Of a stretch of DNA of 39,933 bases, positions 19,094 through 28,572 are shown in pieces. The stretch is taken from the NCBI GenBank assembly GCA_045106895.1, contig JBGCFM010000218.1, positions 1 through 39,933 of the forward strand, given 5' to 3'. The translations under genes and the position numbers were made by a program. The DNA comes from Polyangiales bacterium. Its GTDB lineage: Bacteria; Myxococcota_A; Polyangia; Polyangiales; Houyiibacteriaceae. Below the pieces are notes generated by a model that did no database searches, was not told the DNA's origin, and saw only the letters and a list, made by a program, of their open reading frames with translations. The stretch's first letter is position 1; each line of letters opens with the position of its first letter.

Positions 19094-19126
19094 GGGCCAG
19101 GCGCGTCGTTGTAAAGCGCCTGACCC
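19094..19126 (-). terminator. Possible terminator hairpin downstream of the giant TPR gene
   Basis: GGGCCAGGCGC/GCGCCTGACCC stem (1 mismatch, 11-nt loop), 24 bp after the stop at 19151. Confidence 0.35.
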
Positions 19127-19150
19127 GATTTCAGCCCAAAAGCCTCACGC

Positions 19151-22100
19151 TCAGCCTTCGCCGAGCTGCTGCAGGAAGGCATCGACGCCTTCCAAGTTGG
19201 CGTCTTCGCTCTTTGCTTTGCGGGCCCAGAGCAGCGCACGACGGGCTTCTCCACGCTGATGCGCAATCTGCGCCTGCATCAGGAACGCCTTCGCGCGGCT
19301 CATCGGCCCTTCGGTTCGGCTCAGAGTCACGGCACGAAGCGCCGCGAGCGCCGTATCCGCGTCTCCTTCTTCCCAAGCAAGTTGCGCGAGCTCCGAAGCC
19401 ACCACGCCGTTGTTCTTGTCACTCTCAAGACCTGCACTGAGCCACTGCATCTCAAGCGAACGGTCGCCGGCTCCGCGGGCGAGCTTCGCCATTCGGTGTT
19501 GTAGCTCGCTCAGCTCCGGCGAGCGCCGACGGGTGTGACGCCCAATGGCATCCTCAAGAAGCTGCCCGGCCTCCGCAAAGTACTGCGCGGACATATAAGC
19601 ATCAGCGAGGAGAACCGTCGTCTCATGGTCCTCCGGCTTGCGCTCGCGCGCCCGTCGAAGCGCTTCAAGAGCCGCCTCTCCATCGTTCACCTCGACGTAC
19701 AGACGTCCGGCTTCCCGCTCAAGCTCGAAGGCTCGCTCGTCTTCCGACGACGCTGCCTCGCGGAGACATAGCGCTGCGAGTTCCGCGTGTGCGTTCGTCG
19801 CCTCGTAGAGCGTCCGCAGACGCGCGATGATCGTCGGGTCCGCTGGCTGCGACGCGTGGACGAACTCTAGGCCTGAACGCGCGTGCTCAGGCGAGCCTGC
19901 TTTGTCTGCGGCTTCCGCAAGCAGATTCGCCGCATCGAGCTGGGCCGTGCCTTCGACGACCTGGACGAGGCGATGACAGACGTTGACGACCCCGTACCAG
20001 TCTTCGTTTCCAACCTCGATGTCGCGCAGCTGTTCCAGGGCTTCCACATCGCTCGGCGAGACCTCCGTCCAATGGCTCAGGACGTCTCGTGCCTGCTGAG
20101 TCTCGCCAGCGGCGGAGAGGACCTCGACGAGGCGAAGCACAGCTTCGCGCTGGCTGGCAGAATCGCCGCTCGCGCTTGCACGGTCACGTTGAGCGACCAA
20201 AGCGTCGACGAGTTCCGGCGCCGCCAAAGCGGGGGAGATGGCATACGCCGCCTCAAGGTCGGAGATAGCGACATCCACCCGCTCCAACACCGTTCGAATA
20301 CGGGCGCGGGAGAGCAGTAGGTGTACGTAGCCTTCGTCACGTGCTTCGTAGTCACGAATCGCGTTCCCGATGGTCGTTTCGGCTTCGTCGCTTCGTCCAG
20401 CCGCTTGAAGCGCGACGACGAGTTCGCCGAGAATCTCCACGCCGCCGACGGTCTCGTGGGCAGTCTGAAGAAGCTCCACAGCTCCGACGGCATCACCCAA
20501 GGTGTCTCGTCTGATCGTCGCGGCCTCGCGCAGTCTTGCGACGGATTGAGCAGGCTCGTCGCTCAAACGCTCCGCATCGACGGTCAAGAACTCCGCGAGA
20601 TCTTCGTAACGTTCGGCCTCGCGGTAGTACGTCTCAAGCTGCGAACGAATCCCCTCGTCCGACGGGTTGCTTCGGTAGCCAATGGCCAACGTGCGCACCA
20701 TGGCTTCGTGATCTTCAAGGGCTGACCACTCTTGATAGAGTTCGCGGGCCAGGTCACTCGCCGCAGCTCCCGTCTCTACGTTCAGAAGCCGCTCACGCAG
20801 CATCGCGCGTTCGCGGGCGCCGTCGTCTGGCCCAAAGATGGCCAGGCTACGCTCAATGATCTCTCGGTTCTCAGGAACCCAGTCCGCTGCCCGCCGATAA
20901 ACGTCCATCGCGTCTTCGCGGCGCACCTTCTCGAGGAGACCGCCAAGCTTGAGCGTGAGAATCGCAATCTGTTCGAGGTCCTCGTTGTCCCGCGCCACGT
21001 CGAGCTGTCGCTCGAGGAGTTCGACGAGGTCCTCGTTGTAGCCGCTCTTCTCATAGAGCTGGGCGAGGAGCTCGCCGGCTTCTTTGTGTTCGGGCTGCTC
21101 ATCCAGGACCGCCTTGAGGCCATCCACGGCGTCGAACTCGCGGCCTTCGGTGCCCATAAGCCACTTGGCGCGTTCCATACGAGCTTCGTTTCGAAGACCC
21201 GGGTCGAGGAGTCCGTCGACGAGGAAAGAGACCAAGTCGTTCAGGCGTGCTTCGTCGTTCCGTCGGCTGTGAACCCCCAGGAGTGGACGCCAGATTGTCT
21301 CGTCCATCGGGTCGCTCTCGAGGAGCTTGGCGTAGACCTCGGCGGCAAGCTCAAGGTCACCGCCCTCGGTGGCTGCCGCGTGGGCCAGCTGCATCTCCAG
21401 CTCGCGTCGCTCTTCGTCGAACTCCGCCGTGTCGACCGCGAGCTTGGCGTATCGAATCGCGCCTTGAGCATCCCCCGCCGCGGTTCGCCGCTCCGAGAGT
21501 TCAAGCAAGATGGCTCGAGCCGCCCCCGGGCCGTCTTCGGACGACGAGGCGACCTCCGCGGCGCGTTCAAGCAATGCTTCCAGGCGCGTCTCGTCTTCCA
21601 GGGCGCGTGCCTTCTCGACACCTTCGCGCACCTGAGCGAGCGTCGCCTCATCACCGGCGGCACGGCGTTCGAGGAAGCTCAAGAGGATGAGGTCGTCACC
21701 CGCATCGCGAGCGACCTCTTCGTAGAGGCGCAGGGCCTCGTTGTGACCGTTCGCGCGGACGATGGCCTGATCGAGAATCGCCGCGAGAGACGCGTGACGT
21801 GGATCGAGGTCAAAGGCGCGTCTCGCCGTGACGACGGCTTCATCCAGTCCACCTGTGTCGCGAAGCTGAATGCCCGCCAGCTGATGGAGCGCGGCGGCGC
21901 GCTGTCCTTCGCGGAGGTCTGGAGCGTCCACGAGCTGCGTCAATACGCGGCGCTGGAGTGGAACATCTTCGCGCGCAGCACCCACTCGCGCCAAAGCGAT
22001 CCAAGCGCCAACGGGAGATTCGAGGAGTGACTCGGCGCGTCCGTAGAGGCTCGTCGCTGCGTCGAGGTCGCCAACCTCGGTCTCTTTGACGCTACCGAGC

Positions 22101-25100
22101 TGCACCAAAAGTGTCGCCAAGAGGGTCGAGTCGTTCTCACGTCGACGGGACTCGACGAGCTCTTCGAGCTTCGCCACATAAGGAGCCACCTTGTCATCTT
22201 CGCGTGCCTGGCGAAGCGTCGCCTGGTGAATCGACAGGTCGCCGGGCGCGTGATCGAGCGCCGTCATGCGTCGCCACAGCGCCTCTTCACGCCGCCCAAG
22301 AGCTTCCGACACCTCAGCCATCGCGGCCAACGCGGCTGCCTTGGACTCGGGCTCGTTCGCCACTTCAACGCGCCGCTCAAGAGCCGCGATGACGAGCTCT
22401 TCTTCGTCGCGTGACGCGAGGTTGTCTCGGAAGCGGAAGGCCTCCGCGTCAGACTGCGCCGCCGCCTCAAGGGCCGATTCGCGAAGCTCCTCGGCTTGGT
22501 CCTGTTCACCGCGTTCACGAGCCAACGCATGCAGCTCGTAGAGCACCTCCGCGGAACCCACGTCGAGGGAGCTTCCGCCGGACTTGCGGCGAACCGTCAT
22601 CAACAGAGCGCGGTAGGCCTTCTCAGCACGGTCGAGTTCTCCTGCTTCGCGGGCCATACGGCCAAGCATCTGAAGCACACGGGGCTCCGCCGCGGCCATC
22701 TTCGAGGCGAGCTCGAGCTGGAGCAGCGCGTCGGGCAGATTGCCTTGTGCGCGGGCGACGATGGCTAGGTCGTAGTGAACTTGAGCGCGGTCCGACGAAC
22801 GGCGACGACCAAAGTCCCCGATAACCTTCTCGAGAATTTCCCGGGCCTCCTCGTACTCCTCTGCGTGGCGCAGGCCTTCGGCGAGCATGAGTTCGATCTC
22901 ACGGTCGTCGGGAGCGAGCTCGCGGGCTTTGCGCAACACAGGAATCGCCGCGGACGGCTCCCCGATTTCGTCGCGGTAAAGGCGCGCTGCCTCCCGAACG
23001 TATTGCAGAACCTCTTCGCGTTCATCGGCGCGTTCCGCGGAGTCAGCGAGCACACGCGCGAGCGGCCCGTGCGTATCTTGCTTGCGGTACTCGTCCGCCA
23101 AGAGGCCTCGGATGTCCGAACGTTCCGGTGCATCCGCGCGCGCGACTTCAAGAACCTCACAGGCGCGCTCGACACGACCTGCCTGAAGCAGGGTCTTGGC
23201 CAAGCTCATCGCGACGTCGGCCTTTTCGTCCTCGCTCGCAACGCCAAGGCGCCGTTCAAGCCAGCGGCTCGCGGCGGCGGACTCACCCTTCTCTTGCTGA
23301 ATGCGCGCCAGCGCATCGAGCGCAGGGATGTCGTCCGGCACTAGGTCGACGACGCGGCGGTACGCTTCGAGAGCACGGTCGGAGTCGCCGATGTGCTCTT
23401 CCGTCAAGGAAGCCACACGCGTCCACAAGGACGCAGAGCGTTCGCCTTCGATGAGCGCAGCCTGTGCCTCGAGAACGCCAGCGAGCTGAGCGTAGTCTCG
23501 TCGGGCGCTCAGGTAATGCTCAAGGGCGCTCAATGACGCGTCGTGGCCGGGGCGCTCGCGGAGGTTCTCCTGGAGAGCCTCAAGCCGTCCGCCCTTCTCT
23601 TCGATCTCGGTGACCAGACGTGCCACGTCGAGGCGCAGCTGAACGCGCCTATCCGGGTCTTCGGCGACGGCGAGTTCGCGGCGGCGAAGGTCCAGAAGCT
23701 CTGAGCCTCGCCCCTGCGCCAAGTAGAGTTCGCCGAGGGCCTCGAGGGCCTCCGCGTCTTCACCCGTTCGTTCGAGGACTTCGCGGAACAACGCCATGGC
23801 TTTGCTCGAGTCGCCGGCTTCGTTCGCTTTTCGCGCGGCCCGACGAAGCCACATGGCGGCGTCCGAGGGCTCGAGAGGAAGGCGCGAGATCTCCGCCATG
23901 AAGAGCGAGGCTTCGGAGTCATCTTCGATGGACTCGGCGAGCCAAGTCGCGGCGGCGACGGTCTGTTCCGGTGCCTTCGCTTCGCCGGCCGCTTCACGGC
24001 CACGTCGCCAGAGCGCGCTTGCTCGTGCGTAGACCGCCTCGCGGGCGGCGCGTTCCTCGTCTTCGTCGGCCAAAGCGACCAACTCCACAAGCCCGTCGAG
24101 GTCCTGGGGACGAAGATCGACGAGCCGCTTCAAGGTGTTGGCGAGCCCAGCGCTCTCCACCTGACGCTGCGCTGTCGCCAGCAAGTCAAGAAGCTCGACA
24201 CTCGCGTTCGGGTCTTCCGCTGCGGTCTCGAGGGCGCTCGCGCTGCGTGCCGCTTCGTCCGCGGCTTGGCCCATGTCCACCACGCGACGGGCATCTTCGA
24301 TGCGACCCGGTCGGTGGCCGAGGGCTCGAAGCGCTGCTTCAAACGCCGCTCCTGCATCCTCGCTGTGTGACTGCCGGAGCGTGGCGGCACGTCCAAAGAG
24401 ATGACCGGCGCGCTCGGCGTCGTCGCTCGCTTCGCCGGCCTCTTCGAGGGCCTCCGCTGCAGCGACCTGCTCCCCCGTCATTTCGGCGAGGCGGTCGAGT
24501 TCGTTCTCAAGGCGAACGCGCCCCGGTGCGAGAGAAAGCGCCCGTCGAACGGAGTGCTGAGCTGCGCTCGCGTTCTCTTCGCGTGTCTCCTGGAGCGTCG
24601 CGGCTTCCGCCAAGAGTTCTAGTTTTCGACCCACGTCGTCCGTCGCCGCGAGGCGCGCGTCCAAGAGGGAAATCAAGGACTGCCAATCGTCCGTCGCCTT
24701 GTAAGAACGTGCGAGGGCTTCGACGGCCTCCGCTCCCACCGTTTCATCTTCGGCCAAGCGACCGAGGCCTTCGCGGGCTCCCTCGTGCCGTTCGTCCGAC
24801 TCCAGAGCGCGGCGGTACGCGCGGAGCGCGCCCGGGGCGTCGTTGAGATGATTGGCGAAGGTATCGCCCTGCAGGGCACGAAGCGTCGACACATGCGCGT
24901 CGTCGCGCGCAGCGGCGCGGTCGAGGAGTTCGGCCAGGTCCGTGTATCGCTCCGCGCGCGCGTAGAGGTCTACGAGTGCGTCGACGACGGTGGCGTCTTC
25001 GCCATAAGCGGCGCCAATCTCGTTCCACGTCGCGATGGCGTCGGCGATAAGCCCAAGACCTTCGGATTGCACACCCGCGATGCGAGCGAGGTCCGAACGG

Positions 25101-26671
25101 CGCTGAAACGCGGGGACTCCAGAGTCAGCCCGGCGCCGCAGAGCCGCGACGAGATCCGCGTGGCGCTCTTCCGCTTCCAAGATCGCGATGATCTCTTCGA
25201 GCGCCCAGAGGTCCTTGGGATCGACCTCAAGAGCAGACTCCCAAGCAGCGATGGCGCGGTCCGGCTGACCGAGCTCTCGCGCCAGTCGCGCTGCAGCGAC
25301 GAGTGATTCTCGTTGAGCGCCGCGAGTGTCCTCAACGCCGGCGAGTTTCTCCAACGCGGAGAGTCGTTCTTCTTGGCGACCCGCGGCTTCGAGGAGCGCT
25401 GCGTGACGACGCATCGCCTCGCGTACCGTCTCTTCGTCGAGTCCCTCTGCGGACGCAACACGCTGGATCTGCTCGATGGAGCGGTCCTGATCGCCGGCCT
25501 CCGAGAGCCGGTCGACGGCTTCCAAACGAAGGCGCGCGCTCGACGCATCGTCGCTCGCGGAATCGGCGGCTTGAATAAGCACATCGATAAGTCGACCTGG
25601 CTCCGCGGTCTGGGGTGCGACCTCCCGGAGCATGTTCAACGCGTCGTCATCGTCGGGCGCCAAGCTCAGGAGGCTCGAGAGATGCTCCATCGCCTGATCG
25701 AGGTCACCGGAGTCGCGCAGGCGGGTTGCGGCATCGCGGTGGATTCCGACTCGTTCGTCGTCGCTTGCGAGACGTAGCGCTTCGTCGAGGGTTCCGATGA
25801 CGTCCGTCGTACGTCCGGTGGCGTCATACGCTTCGCGCAAAATCGAGAGCGCTTCACGGCGAGCGTCCTGGTCGACGCGCTCGTCGCGAACCATCGTCTC
25901 GAGCATCTCCATGGGACCATCAGGGTCGCCGTTCTCTTCCGAGAGAAGCGCTCGAAGTTCGCCGATGGCGTCACCGGGTCGCCCGAGGCGATTGAAGAGC
26001 GCTTCGGCGATACGCAGACGCAGGGACTGTGCTTCTTCCGGCTCCGCAACGACAGCGAGGCCGCGCCAGAGACGAACAAGATCCGCATAACGCTCCTGCC
26101 GTTCGAGGAGGCGTTCGAGGCTGCCAGCGAGGGAACGGTCTTTGGGTCGCAGATCAAAAAGCTGGAGCAGGTACGCCGCGGCGCGGTCGAGGTCGCCGGC
26201 AAAATCCTTCGCTGTCTGGGCCGCTTCCTCGAGGAGCAACGCGCGACGATGAGTGTCCGGTGTGCGCTCGATCTCGCGGTCGTAGAGAGCGAGAAGTTCG
26301 TCCCATCTTTCGGCGACGGTGTGAACCACGGTGAGGCGCTGGAACGCCCACTCGCCCGCCGTCGGGTCGACCTCCAGGACGCGCGAGAGAACCTCCACGA
26401 GAACAGGTGCAGCTTCGCTGAACCACTCTTCGTGGAATCCGACTGCACGCTGCGCGAGGTCCGAGGCCACTTCTGAGGGGAGCTCTGATCGAAGGACTTC
26501 GCGATAGAGTTCGCTGACGGCATCCGGTTGACCGGTGCTCGCCGCATGCTCTTCGAGAGTGTCCCACGCGGCGCTATCGCCAGGTGTGAACCGCACGACC
26601 GCTGCCGCTGCGTCGAACTCTTCGTTGCCCGTTTCTTCCGCTTCCGTCGTCGTACCGTCCGTCGTCATCAC
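19151..26671 (-). CDS. Giant tetratricopeptide-repeat protein (2506 aa), AgmK-like myxobacterial type
   Basis: Continuous acidic helical repeats (e.g. AIAAWESALEVDPKDLWALEEI, ALEAYRRVVDLVPDDIPALDALARI); no signal peptide or TM. Start GTG 26671 or ATG 26668. Confidence 0.85.
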   Translation of the reverse strand: MMTTDGTTTEAEETGNEEFDAAAAVVRFTPGDSAAWDTLEEHAASTGQPDAVSELYREVLRSELPSEVASDLAQRAVGFHEEWFSEAAPVLVEVLSRVLEVDPTAGEWAFQRLTVVHTVAERWDELLALYDREIERTPDTHRRALLLEEAAQTAKDFAGDLDRAAAYLLQLFDLRPKDRSLAGSLERLLERQERYADLVRLWRGLAVVAEPEEAQSLRLRIAEALFNRLGRPGDAIGELRALLSEENGDPDGPMEMLETMVRDERVDQDARREALSILREAYDATGRTTDVIGTLDEALRLASDDERVGIHRDAATRLRDSGDLDQAMEHLSSLLSLAPDDDDALNMLREVAPQTAEPGRLIDVLIQAADSASDDASSARLRLEAVDRLSEAGDQDRSIEQIQRVASAEGLDEETVREAMRRHAALLEAAGRQEERLSALEKLAGVEDTRGAQRESLVAAARLARELGQPDRAIAAWESALEVDPKDLWALEEIIAILEAEERHADLVAALRRRADSGVPAFQRRSDLARIAGVQSEGLGLIADAIATWNEIGAAYGEDATVVDALVDLYARAERYTDLAELLDRAAARDDAHVSTLRALQGDTFANHLNDAPGALRAYRRALESDERHEGAREGLGRLAEDETVGAEAVEALARSYKATDDWQSLISLLDARLAATDDVGRKLELLAEAATLQETREENASAAQHSVRRALSLAPGRVRLENELDRLAEMTGEQVAAAEALEEAGEASDDAERAGHLFGRAATLRQSHSEDAGAAFEAALRALGHRPGRIEDARRVVDMGQAADEAARSASALETAAEDPNASVELLDLLATAQRQVESAGLANTLKRLVDLRPQDLDGLVELVALADEDEERAAREAVYARASALWRRGREAAGEAKAPEQTVAAATWLAESIEDDSEASLFMAEISRLPLEPSDAAMWLRRAARKANEAGDSSKAMALFREVLERTGEDAEALEALGELYLAQGRGSELLDLRRRELAVAEDPDRRVQLRLDVARLVTEIEEKGGRLEALQENLRERPGHDASLSALEHYLSARRDYAQLAGVLEAQAALIEGERSASLWTRVASLTEEHIGDSDRALEAYRRVVDLVPDDIPALDALARIQQEKGESAAASRWLERRLGVASEDEKADVAMSLAKTLLQAGRVERACEVLEVARADAPERSDIRGLLADEYRKQDTHGPLARVLADSAERADEREEVLQYVREAARLYRDEIGEPSAAIPVLRKARELAPDDREIELMLAEGLRHAEEYEEAREILEKVIGDFGRRRSSDRAQVHYDLAIVARAQGNLPDALLQLELASKMAAAEPRVLQMLGRMAREAGELDRAEKAYRALLMTVRRKSGGSSLDVGSAEVLYELHALARERGEQDQAEELRESALEAAAQSDAEAFRFRDNLASRDEEELVIAALERRVEVANEPESKAAALAAMAEVSEALGRREEALWRRMTALDHAPGDLSIHQATLRQAREDDKVAPYVAKLEELVESRRRENDSTLLATLLVQLGSVKETEVGDLDAATSLYGRAESLLESPVGAWIALARVGAAREDVPLQRRVLTQLVDAPDLREGQRAAALHQLAGIQLRDTGGLDEAVVTARRAFDLDPRHASLAAILDQAIVRANGHNEALRLYEEVARDAGDDLILLSFLERRAAGDEATLAQVREGVEKARALEDETRLEALLERAAEVASSSEDGPGAARAILLELSERRTAAGDAQGAIRYAKLAVDTAEFDEERRELEMQLAHAAATEGGDLELAAEVYAKLLESDPMDETIWRPLLGVHSRRNDEARLNDLVSFLVDGLLDPGLRNEARMERAKWLMGTEGREFDAVDGLKAVLDEQPEHKEAGELLAQLYEKSGYNEDLVELLERQLDVARDNEDLEQIAILTLKLGGLLEKVRREDAMDVYRRAADWVPENREIIERSLAIFGPDDGARERAMLRERLLNVETGAAASDLARELYQEWSALEDHEAMVRTLAIGYRSNPSDEGIRSQLETYYREAERYEDLAEFLTVDAERLSDEPAQSVARLREAATIRRDTLGDAVGAVELLQTAHETVGGVEILGELVVALQAAGRSDEAETTIGNAIRDYEARDEGYVHLLLSRARIRTVLERVDVAISDLEAAYAISPALAAPELVDALVAQRDRASASGDSASQREAVLRLVEVLSAAGETQQARDVLSHWTEVSPSDVEALEQLRDIEVGNEDWYGVVNVCHRLVQVVEGTAQLDAANLLAEAADKAGSPEHARSGLEFVHASQPADPTIIARLRTLYEATNAHAELAALCLREAASSEDERAFELEREAGRLYVEVNDGEAALEALRRARERKPEDHETTVLLADAYMSAQYFAEAGQLLEDAIGRHTRRRSPELSELQHRMAKLARGAGDRSLEMQWLSAGLESDKNNGVVASELAQLAWEEGDADTALAALRAVTLSRTEGPMSRAKAFLMQAQIAHQRGEARRALLWARKAKSEDANLEGVDAFLQQLGEG

Positions 26672-26967
26672 ACCCCGTTTCCGGCCGGAGTATATCGACG
26701 TTCGACACTTTTTGGGGCGCTCTTTAACGTCAACGGGTGCGGGCTAGCGCTTTCCTCACAATGCTCGTTCCCCGGCGCAAGAATTTCCTCCCCGGCGTCG
26801 CGAGGCCGCGATCGGACGTCTAGCCGGACTCGGAAAAAGGCCGTTCGTCGATTCGTGGACTGAATGCGTTGGCAAGTGCGTCCAATTCACGTCTGTCTAT
26901 GGACATAGGTGGCACGAATTGACGGCGTGTTCATGCCGCGAAGCCGCCTTCGGAGTCTTTCCGCAGA

Positions 26968-28572
26968 CTAGCGAACGAGGAGCGCGTTCTGCATGACCTC
27001 GCGCTGCTCTGGGCTGAGGGAAGTCGCCATCAGCGGGCCCCAGAACATGATGTTCTCACCGGCGGTGGGGCACTCCGAGGGCTCGAAGGTGCCGTCTCCG
27101 TTCGAATCCGTAGTACAGGCGGGCGTGTCCTGAAGCGGCTCGAAGACGCTCCCGTCGCTCTCCGTGGTGTGAAAGAGCCCCAAAAAGTGCCCGAGCTCGT
27201 GAACCATCGTCACCTCGGCGCGGATAAAGCGCATCGAGTCGATGATGGCGTCCCCGTTGAGGCCGATTCCAGACTGAACGGACCCGTGGACTCCCCAAGG
27301 TCCGGGAATATTGCCCGCAGTACCAAGGACGAGTTCGATATCACGCATCCAGAAGAACGAGACCGATGGGCGGTCCAGTCCTGCGGACAAAGCACGAGCC
27401 TCATTCAGATTTGGGTGCCCGCTGCCAACGAAGGACGCGACGGTGAGACGGCGCGCCAGGCGGCCCACAACTGGGTGATGACGGATCTCGCCGATGCGAA
27501 TGCCCGCGCTTTCGAAGAGCAGGTCGCCGAAACGGGCGAGAAGTCCCTCAAGCTGAGCCGGAATTCGCCGGTTTCCACCAACGGTCACGCCCGCCGGAAA
27601 GTAGAACATGTCGACGTCGATGGTGTTGCCGCCGGGTGGACCCGAGAGCTGAATTTCGCGTCCGCTGACGTCGCGGGGGCGCGTCGGCCCAAGAGTGAGT
27701 CCATAACCGGAGGCCGCTGGTGAACGTGGCGAAATGGGCAAAAGGACCGTCGTGATGAAGTCGATGGGCACGAACGGGTTGACCTGGGACCCGTCGATGG
27801 CACCCGCGAAGTCGAAGAGCGTCTCGCCATCATCGGTGGTCAGCGCGCGCGCTTCACCTTGGTTTAGCCCCTCGAGAATGCTCAGATTGATTCGGCCGTC
27901 GAGGCGTCCCGGAAGGTCGACGCGCTCGCCAAAGGCAATGCGGCGTTCGAAGGGGGTTACAGATATGTCCCAGCGTGGTCCTCCGGACACCTCCTGGACG
28001 CAAGCACGCATGGTCTGGAGGGCAGAGAGACTTGCTCGCGCGTGGACGTCGGCGCAGCGAAAACCCTCGTCGCAGTCGCCGTCTCGTACACAAGGCGCCA
28101 CGCAGCGGTCCGCGACGAGACAGAGTCCTCGTCCACAGTCACTGGTTTCAAGGCACTCCGCGCCATCGTTTGCAGACGCGCTGTCGTCGACACACTGAAG
28201 CTCAACCTCGCTGAGGTCCATGAGTCCTCCAGCCGATGAGCGCGCGCACACCTCGCCGCCGCGGCAGTCCGCGTCTCGTCGGCAGTCAACGACTGGACTG
28301 GGTATGTCGAGCGCCGTGTCCGATGGGACGTCAGAAACAAAGGCGTCGGGGAAGCCTACATCGAGGGGCTCCATCGCGTCCCGGCCGGAATCAGGCCGGA
28401 TGAAGATGTCTCGGCTCGGCACATCGGGAATCGAGATGGCGTCGGAGGCTGCGTCTGCCCCCGCGTCGCTGGCCTCGCTCTGTTCACCTTCGTTCAGGAG
28501 CGTTCGTGCTCCGCAACCGGCAATAAGAAGGCTGGCGAGGGCAAGCGCTCGTGCGCGTGAGGGGTAGGTCAT
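26968..28572 (-). CDS. Lipoprotein zinc metalloprotease (metzincin; M43/reprolysin-like) with Cys-rich N-domain
   Basis: Lipobox LIAG|C, Cys-rich repeats (CRRDADC, CLETSDC, CVRDGDC), HELGHFLGLFH zinc motif and NIMF Met-turn. Confidence 0.85.
   Translation of the reverse strand: MTYPSRARALALASLLIAGCGARTLLNEGEQSEASDAGADAASDAISIPDVPSRDIFIRPDSGRDAMEPLDVGFPDAFVSDVPSDTALDIPSPVVDCRRDADCRGGEVCARSSAGGLMDLSEVELQCVDDSASANDGAECLETSDCGRGLCLVADRCVAPCVRDGDCDEGFRCADVHARASLSALQTMRACVQEVSGGPRWDISVTPFERRIAFGERVDLPGRLDGRINLSILEGLNQGEARALTTDDGETLFDFAGAIDGSQVNPFVPIDFITTVLLPISPRSPAASGYGLTLGPTRPRDVSGREIQLSGPPGGNTIDVDMFYFPAGVTVGGNRRIPAQLEGLLARFGDLLFESAGIRIGEIRHHPVVGRLARRLTVASFVGSGHPNLNEARALSAGLDRPSVSFFWMRDIELVLGTAGNIPGPWGVHGSVQSGIGLNGDAIIDSMRFIRAEVTMVHELGHFLGLFHTTESDGSVFEPLQDTPACTTDSNGDGTFEPSECPTAGENIMFWGPLMATSLSPEQREVMQNALLVR

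Noticed and set aside
26910..26925. TGGCACG as a sigma54 promoter
   Set aside because: No TTGC at the -12 position, and it points into the 3' end of an opposite-strand gene.
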